Assembly: GCA_964057225.1 (NCBI GenBank)
Contig: OZ059900.1
Coordinates: 15,004,001 to 15,068,000 of the forward strand
Reading direction: 5' to 3'
DNA: 64,000 bases
Source of the DNA: Auanema rhodensis
Lineage: Eukaryota; Animalia; Nematoda
The translations under genes were made by a program, and so were the position numbers. This document shows positions 51,154 through 63,489 of the stretch, piece after piece (the stretch's first letter is position 1; every line of letters begins with the position of its first letter). The notes below the pieces were generated by a model. The model saw only the letters and a program-made list of their open reading frames with translations, was not told the origin of the DNA and did no database searches.

Positions 51154-51225
51154 CTCCCCGGCCGGGAATTGAACCCGGGTCTCGCATGTGACAGACGCGG
51201 ATACTCACCACTATACTACCGAGGA
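51154..51225 (-). tRNA. tRNA-Asp-GTC: tRNA-Asp(GUC)
   Basis: as 101-172. Confidence 0.95.
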
Positions 51226-51591
51226 TTGAATTTGCACTTAGAAACTTTCATTAAGAGTGTGAGTTTGAATTATAGTAGAAAAATGAAACACTGTCTCTAA
51301 CATATCTTGATTTATGGCCTACTTTACTCAAAGAGCTAATGGAAGTTTGGTGTTAGAATGAACAATTGATTAACGCTGACGTTTCAATTTTTTTCATCGT
51401 AATTGAGATAGAACATTTAAATTAAATGGAAAAGTTTAAAAATTTAGAAAAAATCACAAGCTCAAATCACTTTTGGAAAAACAGAAAGTTTAAAACAACC
51501 TTTTTTCTAATAATTATCTTTTTTATCCGACTTTTGTAAAAAAACAAAAATAGCATAACATTCAATAACGATGAATCAGAACGAAAACATT

Positions 51592-51663
51592 CTCCCCGGC
51601 CGGGAATTGAACCCGGGTCTCGCATGTGACAGACGCGGATACTCACCACTATACTACCGAGGA
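51592..51663 (-). tRNA. tRNA-Asp-GTC: tRNA-Asp(GUC)
   Basis: as 101-172; T4 terminator. Confidence 0.95.
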
Positions 51664-52029
51664 TTGAATTTGCACTTAGAAACTTTCATTAAGAGTGTGA
51701 GTTTGAATTATAGTAGAAAAATGAAACACTGTCTCTAACATATCTTGATTTATGGCCTACTTTACTCAAAGAGCTAATTGAAGTTTGGTGTTAGAATGAA
51801 CAATTGATTAACGCTGACGTTTCAATTTTTTTCATCGTAATTGAGATAGAACATTTAAATTAAATGGAAATGTTTAAAAATTTAGAAAAAATCACAAGCT
51901 CAAATCACTTTTGAAAAAACAGAAAGTTTAAAACAACCTCTTTTCTAATAATTATCTTTTTTATCCGACTTTTGTAAAAAAACAAAAATAGCATAACATT
52001 CAATAACGATGAATCAGAACAAAAACATT

Positions 52030-52101
52030 CTCCCCGGCCGGGAATTGAACCCGGGTCTCGCATGTGACAGACGCGGATACTCACCACTATACTACCGAGG
52101 A
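52030..52101 (-). tRNA. tRNA-Asp-GTC: tRNA-Asp(GUC)
   Basis: as 101-172. Confidence 0.95.
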
Positions 52102-52467
52102 TTGAATTTGCATTTAGAAACTTTCATTCAGAGTGTGAGTTCGAATTATAGTAGAAAAATGAAACACTGTCTCTAACATATCTTGATTTATGGCCTACTT
52201 TACTCAAAGAGCTAATTGAAGTTTGGTGTTAAAATGAACAATTGATTAACGCTGACGTTTCAATTTTTTTCATCGTAATTGAGATAGAACATTTAAATTA
52301 AATGGAAATGTTTAAAAATTTAGAAAAAATCACAAGCTCAAATCACTTTTGAAAAAACAGAAAGTTTAAAACAACCTTCTTTCTAATAATTATCTTTTTA
52401 ATTCGACTTTTGGAAGAAAACAAAAATAGCATAACATTCAATAACGATGAATCAGAACAAAAACATT

Positions 52468-52539
52468 CTCCCCGGCCGGGAATTGAACCCGGGTCTCGCA
52501 TGTGACAGACGCGGATACTCACCACTATACTACCGAGGA
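52468..52539 (-). tRNA. tRNA-Asp-GTC: tRNA-Asp(GUC)
   Basis: as 101-172. Confidence 0.95.
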
Positions 52540-52905
52540 TTGAAGTTGCACTTAGAAACTTTCATTAAGAGTGTGAGTTTGAATTATAGTAGAAAAATGA
52601 AACACTGTCTCTAACATATCTTGATTTATGGCCTACTTTACTCAAAGAGCTAATGGAAGTTTGGTGTTAGAATGAACAATTGATTAACGCTGACGTTTCA
52701 ATTTTTTTCATCGTACTTGAGATAGAACATTTAAATTAAATGGAAATGTTTAAAAATTTAGAAAAAATCACAAGCTCAAATCACTTTTGAAAAAACAGAA
52801 AGTTTAAAACAACTTTTTTTCTAATAATTATCTTTTTTATCCGACTTTTGTAAAAAAACAAAAATAGCATAACATTCAATAACGATGAATCAGAACAAAA
52901 ACATT

Positions 52906-52977
52906 CTCCCCGGCCGGGAATTGAACCCGGGTCTCGCATGTGACAGACGCGGATACTCACCACTATACTACCGAGGA
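52906..52977 (-). tRNA. tRNA-Asp-GTC: tRNA-Asp(GUC)
   Basis: as 101-172. Confidence 0.95.
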
Positions 52978-53343
52978 TTGAATTTGCACTTAGAAACTTT
53001 CATTAAGAGTGTGAGTTTGAATTATAGTAGAAAAATGAAACACTGTCTCTAACATATCTTGATTTATGGCCTACTTTACTCAAAGAGCTAATTGAAGTTT
53101 GGTGTTAGAATGAACAATTGATTAACGCTGACGTTTCAATTTTTTTCATCGTAATTGAGATAGAACATTTAAATTAAATGGAAATGTTTAAAAATTTAGA
53201 AAAAATCACAAGCTCAAATCACTTTTGAAAAAACAGAAAGTTTAAAACAACCTTTTTTCTAATAATTATCTTTTTTATCCGACTTTTGTAAAAAAACAAA
53301 AATAGCATAACATTCAATAACGATGAATCAGAACAATAACATT

Positions 53344-53415
53344 CTCCCCGGCCGGGAATTGAACCCGGGTCTCGCATGTGACAGACGCGGATACTCACCA
53401 CTATACTACCGAGGA
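53344..53415 (-). tRNA. tRNA-Asp-GTC: tRNA-Asp(GUC)
   Basis: as 101-172; proximal terminator broken (TTATT). Confidence 0.93.
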
Positions 53416-53781
53416 TTGAATTTGCACTTAGAAACTTTCATTAAGAGTGTGAGTTTGAATTATAGTAGAAAAATGAAACACTGTCTCTAACATATCTTGA
53501 TTTATGGCCTACTTTACTCAAAGAGCTAATTGAAGTTTGGTGTTAAAATGAACAATTGATTAACGCTGACGTTTCAATTTTTTTCATCGTAATTGAGATA
53601 GAACATTTAAATTAAATGGAAGTGTTTAAAAATTTAGAAAAAATCACAAGCTCAAATCACTTTTGAAAAAACAGAAAGTTTAAAACAACCTTTTTTCTAA
53701 TAATTATCTTTTTAATTCGACTTTTGGAAGAAAACAAAAATAGCATAACATTCAATAACGATGAATCAGAACAAAAACATT

Positions 53782-53853
53782 CTCCCCGGCCGGGAATTGA
53801 ACCCGGGTCTCGCATGTGACAGACGCGGATACTCACCACTATACTACCGAGGA
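53782..53853 (-). tRNA. tRNA-Asp-GTC: tRNA-Asp(GUC)
   Basis: as 101-172. Confidence 0.95.
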
Positions 53854-54219
53854 TTGAATTTGCACTTAGAAACTTTCATTAAGAGTGTGAGTTTGAATTA
53901 TAGTAGAAAAATGAAACACTGTCTCTAACATATCTTGATTTATGGCCTACTTTACTCAAAGAGCTAATTGAAGTTTGGTGTTAGAATGAACAATTGATTA
54001 ACGCTGACGTTTCAATTTTTTTCATCGTAATTGAGATAGAACATTTAAATTAAATGGAAATGTTTAAAAATTTAGAAAAAATCACAAGCTCAAATCACTT
54101 TTGAAAAAACAGAAAGTTTAAAACAACCTTTTTTCTAATAATTATCTTTTTTATCCGACTTTTGTAAAAAAACAAAAATAGCATAACATTCAATAACGAT
54201 GAATCAGAACAATAACATT

Positions 54220-54291
54220 CTCCCCGGCCGGGAATTGAACCCGGGTCTCGCATGTGACAGACGCGGATACTCACCACTATACTACCGAGGA
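54220..54291 (-). tRNA. tRNA-Asp-GTC: tRNA-Asp(GUC)
   Basis: as 101-172; proximal terminator broken (TTATT). Confidence 0.93.
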
Positions 54292-54657
54292 TTGAATTTG
54301 CACTTAGAAACTTTCATTAAGAGTGTGAGTTTGAATTATAGTAGAAAAATGAAACACTGTCTCTAACATATCTTGATTTATGGCCTACTTTACTCAAAGA
54401 GCTAATTGAAGTTTGGTGTTAAAATGAACAATTGATTAACGCTGACGTTTCAATTTTTTTCATCGTAATTGAGATAGAACATTTAAATTAAATGGAAGTG
54501 TTTAAAAATTTAGAAAAAATCACAAGCTCAAATCACTTTTGAAAAAACAGAAAGTTTAAAACAACCTTTTTTCTAATAATTATCTTTTTAATTCGACTTT
54601 TGGAAGAAAACAAAAATAGCATAACATTCAATAACGATGAATCAGAACAAAAACATT

Positions 54658-54729
54658 CTCCCCGGCCGGGAATTGAACCCGGGTCTCGCATGTGACAGAC
54701 GCGGATACTCACCACTATACTACCGAGGA
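54658..54729 (-). tRNA. tRNA-Asp-GTC: tRNA-Asp(GUC)
   Basis: as 101-172. Confidence 0.95.
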
Positions 54730-55095
54730 TTGAATTTGCACTTAGAAACTTTCATGAAGAGTGTGAGTTTGAATTATAGTAGAAAAATGAAACACTGTCT
54801 CTAACATATCTTGATTTATGGCCTACTTTACTCAAAGAGCTAATTGAAGTTTGGTGTTAGAATGAACAATTGATTAACGCTGACGTTCCATTTTTTTTCA
54901 TCGTAATTGAGATAGAACATTTAAATTAAATGGAAATGTTTAAAAATTTAGAAAAAATCACAAGCTCAAATCACTTTTGAAAAAACAGAAAGTTTAAAAC
55001 AACCTTTTTTCTAATAATTATCTTTTTTATCCGACTTTTGTAAAAAAACAAAAATAGCATAACATTCAATAACGATGAATCAGAACGAAAACATT

Positions 55096-55167
55096 CTCCC
55101 CGGCCGGGAATTGAACCCGGGTCTCGCATGTGACAGACGCGGATACTCACCACTATACTACCGAGGA
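55096..55167 (-). tRNA. tRNA-Asp-GTC: tRNA-Asp(GUC)
   Basis: as 101-172; T4 terminator. Confidence 0.95.
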
Positions 55168-55533
55168 TTGAAGTTGCACTTAGAAACTTTCATTAAGAGT
55201 GTGAGTTTGAATTATAGTAGAAAAATGAAACACTGTCTCTAACATATCTTGATTTATGGCCTACTTTACTCAAAGAGCTAATGGAAGTTTGGTGTTAGAA
55301 TGAACAATTGATTAACGCTGACGTTTCAATTTTTTTTATCGTAATTGAGATAGAACATTTAAATTAAATGGAAAAGTTTAAAAATTTAGAAAAAATCACA
55401 AGCTCAAATCACTTTTGGAAAAACAGAAAGTTTAAAACAACCTTTTTTCTAATAATTATCTTTTTTATCCGACTTTTGTAAAAAAACAAAAATAGCATAA
55501 CATTCAATAACGATGAATCAGAACGAAAACATT

Positions 55534-55605
55534 CTCCCCGGCCGGGAATTGAACCCGGGTCTCGCATGTGACAGACGCGGATACTCTCCACTATACTACC
55601 GAGGA
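55534..55605 (-). tRNA. tRNA-Asp-GTC: tRNA-Asp(GUC), D-loop U>A variant
   Basis: a>t at 55587 (GGTGA to GGAGA); T4 terminator. Confidence 0.88.
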
Positions 55606-55971
55606 TTGAATTTGCACTTAGAAACTTTCATTAAGAGTGTGAGTTTGAATTATAGTAGAAAAATGAAACACTGTCTCTAACATATCTTGATTTATGGCCT
55701 ACTTTACTCAAAGAGCTAATTGAAGTTTGGTGTTAGAATGAACAATTGATTAACGCTGACGTTTCAATTTTTTTCATCGTAATTGAGATAGAACATTTAA
55801 ATTAAATGGAAATGTTTAAAAATTTAGAAAAAATCACAAGCTCAAATCACTTTTGAAAAAACAGAAAGTTTAAAACAACCTTTTTTCTAATAATTATCTT
55901 TTTTATCCGACTTTTGTAAAAAAACAAAAATAGCATAACATTCAATAACGATGAATCAGAACAAAAACATT

Positions 55972-56043
55972 ATCCCCGGCCGGGAATTGAACCCGGGTCT
56001 CGCATGTGACAGACGCGGATACTCACCACTATACTACCGAGGA
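55972..56043 (-). tRNA. tRNA-Asp-GTC: tRNA-Asp(GUC), discriminator G73U variant
   Basis: c>a at 55972. Confidence 0.8.
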
Positions 56044-56409
56044 TTGAATTTGCACTTAGAAACTTTCATTAAGAGTGTGAGTTTGAATTATAGTAGAAAA
56101 ATGAAACACTGTCTCTAACATATCTTGATTTATGGCCTACTTTACTCAAAGAGCTAATTGAAGTTTGGTGTTAAAATGAACAATTGATTAACGCTGACGT
56201 TTCAATTTTTTTCATCGTAATTGAGATAGAACATTTAAATTAAATGGAAGTGTTTAAAAATTTAGAAAAAATCACAAGCTCAAATCACTTTTGAAAAAAC
56301 AGAAAGTTTAAAACAACCTTTTTTCTAATAATTATCTTTTTAATTCGACTTTTGGAAGAAAACAAAAATAGCATAACATTCAATAACGATGAATCAGAAC
56401 AAAAACATT

Positions 56410-56481
56410 CTCCCCGGCCGGGAATTGAACCCGGGTCTCGCATGTGACAGACGCGGATACTCACCACTATACTACCGAGGA
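56410..56481 (-). tRNA. tRNA-Asp-GTC: tRNA-Asp(GUC)
   Basis: as 101-172. Confidence 0.95.
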
Positions 56482-56847
56482 TTGAATTTGCACTTAGAAA
56501 CTTTCATTAAGAGTGTGAGTTTGAATTATAGTAGAAAAATGAAACACTGTCTCTAACATATCTTGATTTATGGCCTACTTTACTCAAAGAGCTAATTGAA
56601 GTTTGGTGTTAGAATGAACAATTGATTAACGCTGACGTTCCATTTTTTTTCATCGTAATTGAGATAGAACATTTAAATTAAATGGAAATGTTTAAAAATT
56701 TAGAAAAAATCACAAGCTCAAATCACTTTTGAAAAAACAGAAAGTTTAAAACAACCTTTTTTCTAATAATTATCTTTTTAATTCGACTTTTGGAAGAAAA
56801 CAAAAATAGCATAACATTCAATAACGATGAATCAGAACAAAAACATT

Positions 56848-56919
56848 CTCCCCGGCCGGGAATTGAACCCGGGTCTCGCATGTGACAGACGCGGATACTC
56901 ACCACTATACTACCGAGGA
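56848..56919 (-). tRNA. tRNA-Asp-GTC: tRNA-Asp(GUC)
   Basis: as 101-172. Confidence 0.95.
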
Positions 56920-57285
56920 TTGAATTTGCACTTAGAAACTTTCATTAAGAGTGTGAGTTTGAATTATAGTAGAAAAATGAAACACTGTCTCTAACATATC
57001 TTGATTTATGGCCTACTTTACTCAAAGAGCTAATGGAAGTTTGGTGTTAGAATGAACAATTGATTAACGCTGACGTTTCAATTTTTTTTATCGTAATTGA
57101 GATAGAACATTTAAATTAAATGGAAAAGTTTAAAAATTTAGAAAAAATCACAAGCTCAAATCACTTTTGGAAAAACAGAAAGTTTAAAACAACCTTTTTT
57201 CTAATAATTATCTTTTTTATCCGACTTTTGTAAAAAAACAAAAATAGCATAACATTCAATAACGATGAATCAGAACGAAAACATT

Positions 57286-57357
57286 CTCCCCGGCCGGGAA
57301 TTGAACCCGGGTCTCGCATGTGACAGACGCGGATACTCACCACTATACTACCGAGGA
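57286..57357 (-). tRNA. tRNA-Asp-GTC: tRNA-Asp(GUC)
   Basis: as 101-172; T4 terminator. Confidence 0.95.
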
Positions 57358-57723
57358 TTGAATTTGCACTTAGAAACTTTCATTAAGAGTGTGAGTTTGA
57401 ATTATAGTAGAAAAATGAAACACTGTCTCTAACATATCTTGATTTATGGCCTACTTTACTCAAAGAGCTAATTGAAGTTTGGTGTTAGAATGAACAATTG
57501 ATTAACGCTGACGTTTCAATTTTTTTCATCGTAATTGAGATAGAACATTTAAATTAAATGGAAATGTTTAAAAATTTAGAAAAAATCACAAGCTCAAATC
57601 ACTTTTGAAAAAACAGAAAGTTTAAAACAACCTTTTTTCTAATAATTATCTTTTTTATCCGACTTTTGTAAAAAAACAAAAATAGCATAACATTCAATAA
57701 CGATGAATCAGAACAAAAACATT

Positions 57724-57795
57724 CTCCCCGGCCGGGAATTGAACCCGGGTCTCGCATGTGACAGACGCGGATACTCACCACTATACTACCGAGGA
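57724..57795 (-). tRNA. tRNA-Asp-GTC: tRNA-Asp(GUC)
   Basis: as 101-172. Confidence 0.95.
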
Positions 57796-58161
57796 TTGAA
57801 TTTGCACTTAGAAACTTTCATTCAGAGTGTGAGTTCGAATTATAGTAGAAAAATGAAACACTGTCTCTAACATATCTTGATTTATGGCCTACTTTACTCA
57901 AAGAGCTAATTGAAGTTTGGTGTTAGAATGAACAATTGATTAACGCTGACGTTTCAATTTTTTTCATCGTAATTGAGATAGAACATTTAAATTAAATGGA
58001 AATGTTTAAAAATTTAGAAAAAATCACAAGCTCAAATCACTTTTGAAAAAACAGAAAGTTTAAAACAACCTTCTTTCTAATAATTATCTTTTTAATTCGA
58101 CTTTTGGAAGAAAACAAAAATAGCATAACATTCAATAACGATGAATCAGAACAAAAACATT

Positions 58162-58233
58162 CTCCCCGGCCGGGAATTGAACCCGGGTCTCGCATGTGAC
58201 AGACGCGGATACTCACCACTATACTACCGAGGA
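58162..58233 (-). tRNA. tRNA-Asp-GTC: tRNA-Asp(GUC)
   Basis: as 101-172. Confidence 0.95.
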
Positions 58234-58599
58234 TTGAATTTGCACTTAGAAACTTTCATTCAGAGTGTGAGTTCGAATTATAGTAGAAAAATGAAACACT
58301 GTCTCTAACATATCTTGATTTATGGCCTACTTTACTCAAAGAGCTAATTGAAGTTTGGTGTTAAAATGAACAATTGATTAACGCTGACGTTTCAATTTTT
58401 TTCATCGTAATTGAGATAGAACATTTAAATTAAATGGAAATGTTTAAAAATTTAGAAAAAATCACAAGCTCAAATCACTTTTGAAAAAACAGAAAGTTTA
58501 AAACAACCTTCTTTCTAATAATTATCTTTTTAATTCGACTTTTGGAAGAAAACAAAAATAGCATAACATTCAATAACGATGAATCAGAACAAAAACATT

Positions 58600-58671
58600 C
58601 TCCCCGGCCGGGAATTGAACCCGGGTCTTGCATGTGACAGACGCGGATACTCACCACTATACTACCGAGGA
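58600..58671 (-). tRNA. tRNA-Asp-GTC: tRNA-Asp(GUC), anticodon-stem G43A variant
   Basis: c>t at 58629; C27.A43 mismatch. Confidence 0.82.
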
Positions 58672-59037
58672 TTGAATTTGCACTTAGAAACTTTCATTAA
58701 GAGTGTGAGTTTGAATTATAGTAGAAAAATGAAACACTGTCTCTAACATATCTTGATTTATGGCCTACTTTACTCAAAGAGCTAATTGAAGTTTGGTGTT
58801 AAAATGAACAATTGATTAACGCTGACGTTTCAATTTTTTTCATCGTAATTGAGATAGAACATTTAAATTAAATGGAAGTGTTTAAAAATTTAGAAAAAAT
58901 CACAAGCTCAAATCACTTTTGAAAAAACAGAAAGTTTAAAACAACCTTTTTTCTAATAATTATCTTTTTAATTCGACTTTTGGAAGAAAACAAAAATAGC
59001 ATAACATTCAATAACGATGAATCAGAACAAAAACATT

Positions 59038-59109
59038 CTCCCCGGCCGGGAATTGAACCCGGGTCTCGCATGTGACAGACGCGGATACTCACCACTATAC
59101 TACCGAGGA
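59038..59109 (-). tRNA. tRNA-Asp-GTC: tRNA-Asp(GUC)
   Basis: as 101-172. Confidence 0.95.
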
Positions 59110-59475
59110 TTGAATTTGCACTTAGAAACTTTCATTCAGAGTGTGAGTTTGAATTATAGTAGAAAAATGAAACACTGTCTCTAACATATCTTGATTTATG
59201 GCCTACTTTACTCAAAGAGCTAATTGAAGTTTGGTGTTAGAATGAACAATTGATTAACGCTGACGTTTCAATTTTTTTCATCGTAATTGAGATAGAACAT
59301 TTAAATTAAATGGAAATGTTTAAAAATTTAGAAAAAATCACAAGCTCAAATCACTTTTGAAAAAACAGAAAGTTTAAAACAACCTTTTTTCTAATAATTA
59401 TCTTTTTTATCCGACTTTTGTAAAAAAACAAAAATAGCATAACATTCAATAACGATGAATCAGAACGAAAACATT

Positions 59476-59547
59476 CTCCCCGGCCGGGAATTGAACCTGG
59501 GTCTCGCATGTGACAGACGCGGATACTCACCACTATACTACCGAGGA
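59476..59547 (-). tRNA. tRNA-Asp-GTC: tRNA-Asp(GUC), T-stem G51A variant
   Basis: c>t at 59498; A51.C63 mismatch; T4 terminator. Confidence 0.8.
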
Positions 59548-59913
59548 TTGAATTTGCACTTAGAAACTTTCATTAAGAGTGTGAGTTTGAATTATAGTAG
59601 AAAAATGAAACACTGTCTCTAACATATCTTGATTTATGGCCTACTTTACTCAAAGAGCTAATTGAAGTTTGGTGTTAGAATGAACAATTGATTAACGCTG
59701 ACGTTTCAATTTTTTTCATCGTAATTGAGATAGAACATTTAAATTAAATGGAAATGTTTAAAAATTTAGAAAAAATCACAAGCTCAAATCACTTTTGAAA
59801 AAACAGAAAGTTTAAAACAACCTTTTTTCTAATAATTATCTTTTTTATCCGACTTTTGTAAAAAAACAAAAATAGCATAACATTCAATAACGATGAATCA
59901 GAACAAAAACATT

Positions 59914-59985
59914 CTCCCCGGCCGGGAATTGAACCCGGGTCTCGCATGTGACAGACGCGGATACTCACCACTATACTACCGAGGA
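59914..59985 (-). tRNA. tRNA-Asp-GTC: tRNA-Asp(GUC)
   Basis: as 101-172. Confidence 0.95.
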
Positions 59986-60351
59986 TTGAATTTGCACTTA
60001 GAAACTTTCATTCAGAGTGTGAGTTCGAATTATAGTAGAAAAATGAAACACTGTCTCTAACATATCTTGATTTATGGCCTACTTTACTCAAAGAGCTAAT
60101 TGAAGTTTGGTGTTAAAATGAACAATTGATTAACGCTGACGTTTCAATTTTTTTCATCGTAATTGAGATAGAACATTTAAATTAAATGGAAATGTTTAAA
60201 AATTTAGAAAAAATCACAAGCTCAAATCACTTTTGAAAAAACAGAAAGTTTAAAACAACCTTCTTTCTAATAATTATCTTTTTAATTCGACTTTTGGAAG
60301 AAAACAAAAATAGCATAACATTCAATAACGATGAATCAGAACAAAAACATT

Positions 60352-60423
60352 CTCCCCGGCCGGGAATTGAACCCGGGTCTCGCATGTGACAGACGCGGAA
60401 ACTCACCACTATACTACCGAGGA
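60352..60423 (-). tRNA. tRNA-Asp-GTC: tRNA-Asp(GUC), D-stem A24U variant
   Basis: t>a at 60400; U11.U24 mismatch. Confidence 0.8.
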
Positions 60424-60789
60424 TTGAATTTGCACTTAGAAACTTTCATTCAGAGTGTGAGTTCGAATTATAGTAGAAAAATGAAACACTGTCTCTAACA
60501 TATCTTGATTTATGGCCTACTTTACTCAAAGAGCTAATTGAAGTTTGGTGTTAAAATGAACAATTGATTAACGCTGACGTTTCAATTTTTTTCATCGTAA
60601 TTGAGATAGAACATTTAAATTAAATGGAAATGTTTAAAAATTTAGAAAAAATCACAAGCTCAAATCACTTTTGAAAAAACAGAAAGTTTAAAACAACCTT
60701 TTTTCTAATAATTATCTTTTTTATCCGACTTTTGTAAAAAAACAAAAATAGCATAACATTCAATAACGATGAATCAGAACAAAAACATT

Positions 60790-60861
60790 CTCCCCGGCCG
60801 GGAATTGAACCCGGGTCTCGCATGTGACAGACGCGGATACTCACCACTATACTACCGAGGA
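60790..60861 (-). tRNA. tRNA-Asp-GTC: tRNA-Asp(GUC)
   Basis: as 101-172. Confidence 0.95.
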
Positions 60862-61227
60862 TTGAATTTGCACTTAGAAACTTTCATTAAGAGTGTGAGT
60901 TTGAATTATAGTAGAAAAATGAAACACTGTCTCTAACATATCTTGATTTATGGCCTACTTTACTCAAAGAGCTAATTGAAGTTTGGTGTTAAAATGAACA
61001 ATTGATTAACGCTGACGTTTCAATTTTTTTCATCGTAATTGAGATAGAACATTTAAATTAAATGGAAGTGTTTAAAAATTTAGAAAAAATCACAAGCTCA
61101 AATCACTTTTGAAAAAACAGAAAGTTTAAAACAACCTTTTTTCTAATAATTATCTTTTTAATTCGACTTTTGGAAGAAAACAAAAATAGCATAACATTCA
61201 ATAACGATGAATCAGAACAAAAACATT

Positions 61228-61299
61228 CTCCCCGGCCGGGAATTGAACCCGGGTCTCGCATGTGACAGACGCGGATATTCACCACTATACTACCGAGGA
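61228..61299 (-). tRNA. tRNA-Asp-GTC: tRNA-Asp(GUC), G22A variant
   Basis: c>t at 61278; U13-G22 becomes U13-A22. Confidence 0.9.
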
Positions 61300-61665
61300 T
61301 TGAATTTGCACTTAGAAACTTTCATTCAGAGTGTGAGTTCGAATTATAGTAGAAAAATGAAACACTGTCTCTAACATATCTTGATTTATGGCCTACTTTA
61401 CTCAAAGAGCTAATTGAAGTTTGGTGTTAAAATGAACAATTGATTAACGCTGACGTTTCAATTTTTTTCATCGTAATTGAGATAGAACATTTAAATTAAA
61501 TGGAAATGTTTAAAAATTTAGAAAAAATCACAAGCTCAAATCACTTTTGAAAAAACAGAAAGTTTAAAACAACCTTTTTTCTAATAATTATCTTTTTTAT
61601 CCGACTTTTGTAAAAAAACAAAAATAGCATAACATTCAATAACGATGAATCAGAACAAAAACATT

Positions 61666-61737
61666 CTCCCCGGCCGGGAATTGAACCCGGGTCTTGCATG
61701 TGACAGACGCGGATACTCACCACTATACTACCGAGGA
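61666..61737 (-). tRNA. tRNA-Asp-GTC: tRNA-Asp(GUC), anticodon-stem G43A variant
   Basis: c>t at 61695. Confidence 0.82.
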
Positions 61738-62103
61738 TTGAATTTGCACTTAGAAACTTTCATTAAGAGTGTGAGTTTGAATTATAGTAGAAAAATGAAA
61801 CACTGTCTCTAACATATCTTGATTTATGGCCTACTTTACTCAAAGAGCTAATTGAAGTTTGGTGTTAAAATGAACAATTGATTAACGCTGACGTTTCAAT
61901 TTTTTTCATCGTAATTGAGATAGAACATTTAAATTAAATGGAAGTGTTTAAAAATTTAGAAAAAATCACAAGCTCAAATCACTTTTGAAAAAACAGAAAG
62001 TTTAAAACAACCTTTTTTCTAATAATTATCTTTTTAATTCGACTTTTGGAAGAAAACAAAAATAGCATAACATTCAATAACGATGAATCAGAACAAAAAC
62101 ATT

Positions 62104-62175
62104 CTCCCCGGCCGGGAATTGAACCCGGGTCTCGCATGTGACAGACGCGGATACTCACCACTATACTACCGAGGA
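62104..62175 (-). tRNA. tRNA-Asp-GTC: tRNA-Asp(GUC)
   Basis: as 101-172. Confidence 0.95.
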
Positions 62176-62541
62176 TTGAATTTGCACTTAGAAACTTTCA
62201 TTCAGAGTGTGAGTTTGAATTATAGTAGAAAAATGAAACACTGTCTCTAACATATCTTGATTTATGGCCTACTTTACTCAAAGAGCTAATTGAAGTTTGG
62301 TGTTAGAATGAACAATTGATTAACGCTGACGTTTCAATTTTTTTCATCGTAATTGAGATAGAACATTTAAATTAAATGGAAATGTTTAAAAATTTAGAAA
62401 AAATCACAAGCTCAAATCACTTTTGAAAAAACAGAAAGTTTAAAACAACCTTTTTTCTAATAATTATCTTTTTTATCCGACTTTTGTAAAAAAACAAAAA
62501 TAGCATAACATTCAATAACGATGAATCAGAACGAAAACATT

Positions 62542-62613
62542 CTCCCCGGCCGGGAATTGAACCTGGGTCTCGCATGTGACAGACGCGGATACTCACCACT
62601 ATACTACCGAGGA
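62542..62613 (-). tRNA. tRNA-Asp-GTC: tRNA-Asp(GUC), T-stem G51A variant
   Basis: c>t at 62564; T4 terminator. Confidence 0.8.
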
Positions 62614-62979
62614 TTGAATTTGCACTTAGAAACTTTCATTCAGAGTGTGAGTTCGAATTATAGTAGAAAAATGAAACACTGTCTCTAACATATCTTGATT
62701 TATGGCCTACTTTACTCAAAGAGCTAATTGAAGTTTGGTGTTAAAATGAACAATTGATTAACGCTGACGTTTCAATTTTTTTCATCGTAATTGAGATAGA
62801 ACATTTAAATTAAATGGAAATGTTTAAAAATTTAGAAAAAATCACAAGCTCAAATCACTTTTGAAAAAACAGAAAGTTTAAAACAACCTTCTTTCTAATA
62901 ATTATCTTTTTAATTCGACTTTTGGAAGAAAACAAAAATAGCATAACATTCAATAACGATGAATCAGAACAAAAACATT

Positions 62980-63051
62980 CTCCCCGGCCGGGAATTGAAC
63001 CCGGGTCTCGCATGTGACAGACGCGGAAACTCACCACTATACTACCGAGGA
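62980..63051 (-). tRNA. tRNA-Asp-GTC: tRNA-Asp(GUC), D-stem A24U variant
   Basis: t>a at 63028. Confidence 0.8.
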
Positions 63052-63417
63052 TTGAATTTGCACTTAGAAACTTTCATTCAGAGTGTGAGTTCGAATTATA
63101 GTAGAAAAATGAAACACTGTCTCTAACATATCTTGATTTATGGCCTACTTTACTCAAAGAGCTAATTGAAGTTTGGTGTTAAAATGAACAATTGATTAAC
63201 GCTGACGTTTCAATTTTTTTCATCGTAATTGAGATAGAACATTTAAATTAAATGGAAATGTTTAAAAATTTAGAAAAAATCACAAGCTCAAATCACTTTT
63301 GAAAAAACAGAAAGTTTAAAACAACCTTTTTTCTAATAATTATCTTTTTTATCCGACTTTTGTAAAAAAACAAAAATAGCATAACATTCAATAACGATGA
63401 ATCAGAACAAAAACATT

Positions 63418-63489
63418 CTCCCCGGCCGGGAATTGAACCCGGGTCTCGCATGTGACAGACGCGGATACTCACCACTATACTACCGAGGA
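63418..63489 (-). tRNA. tRNA-Asp-GTC: tRNA-Asp(GUC)
   Basis: as 101-172. Confidence 0.95.
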
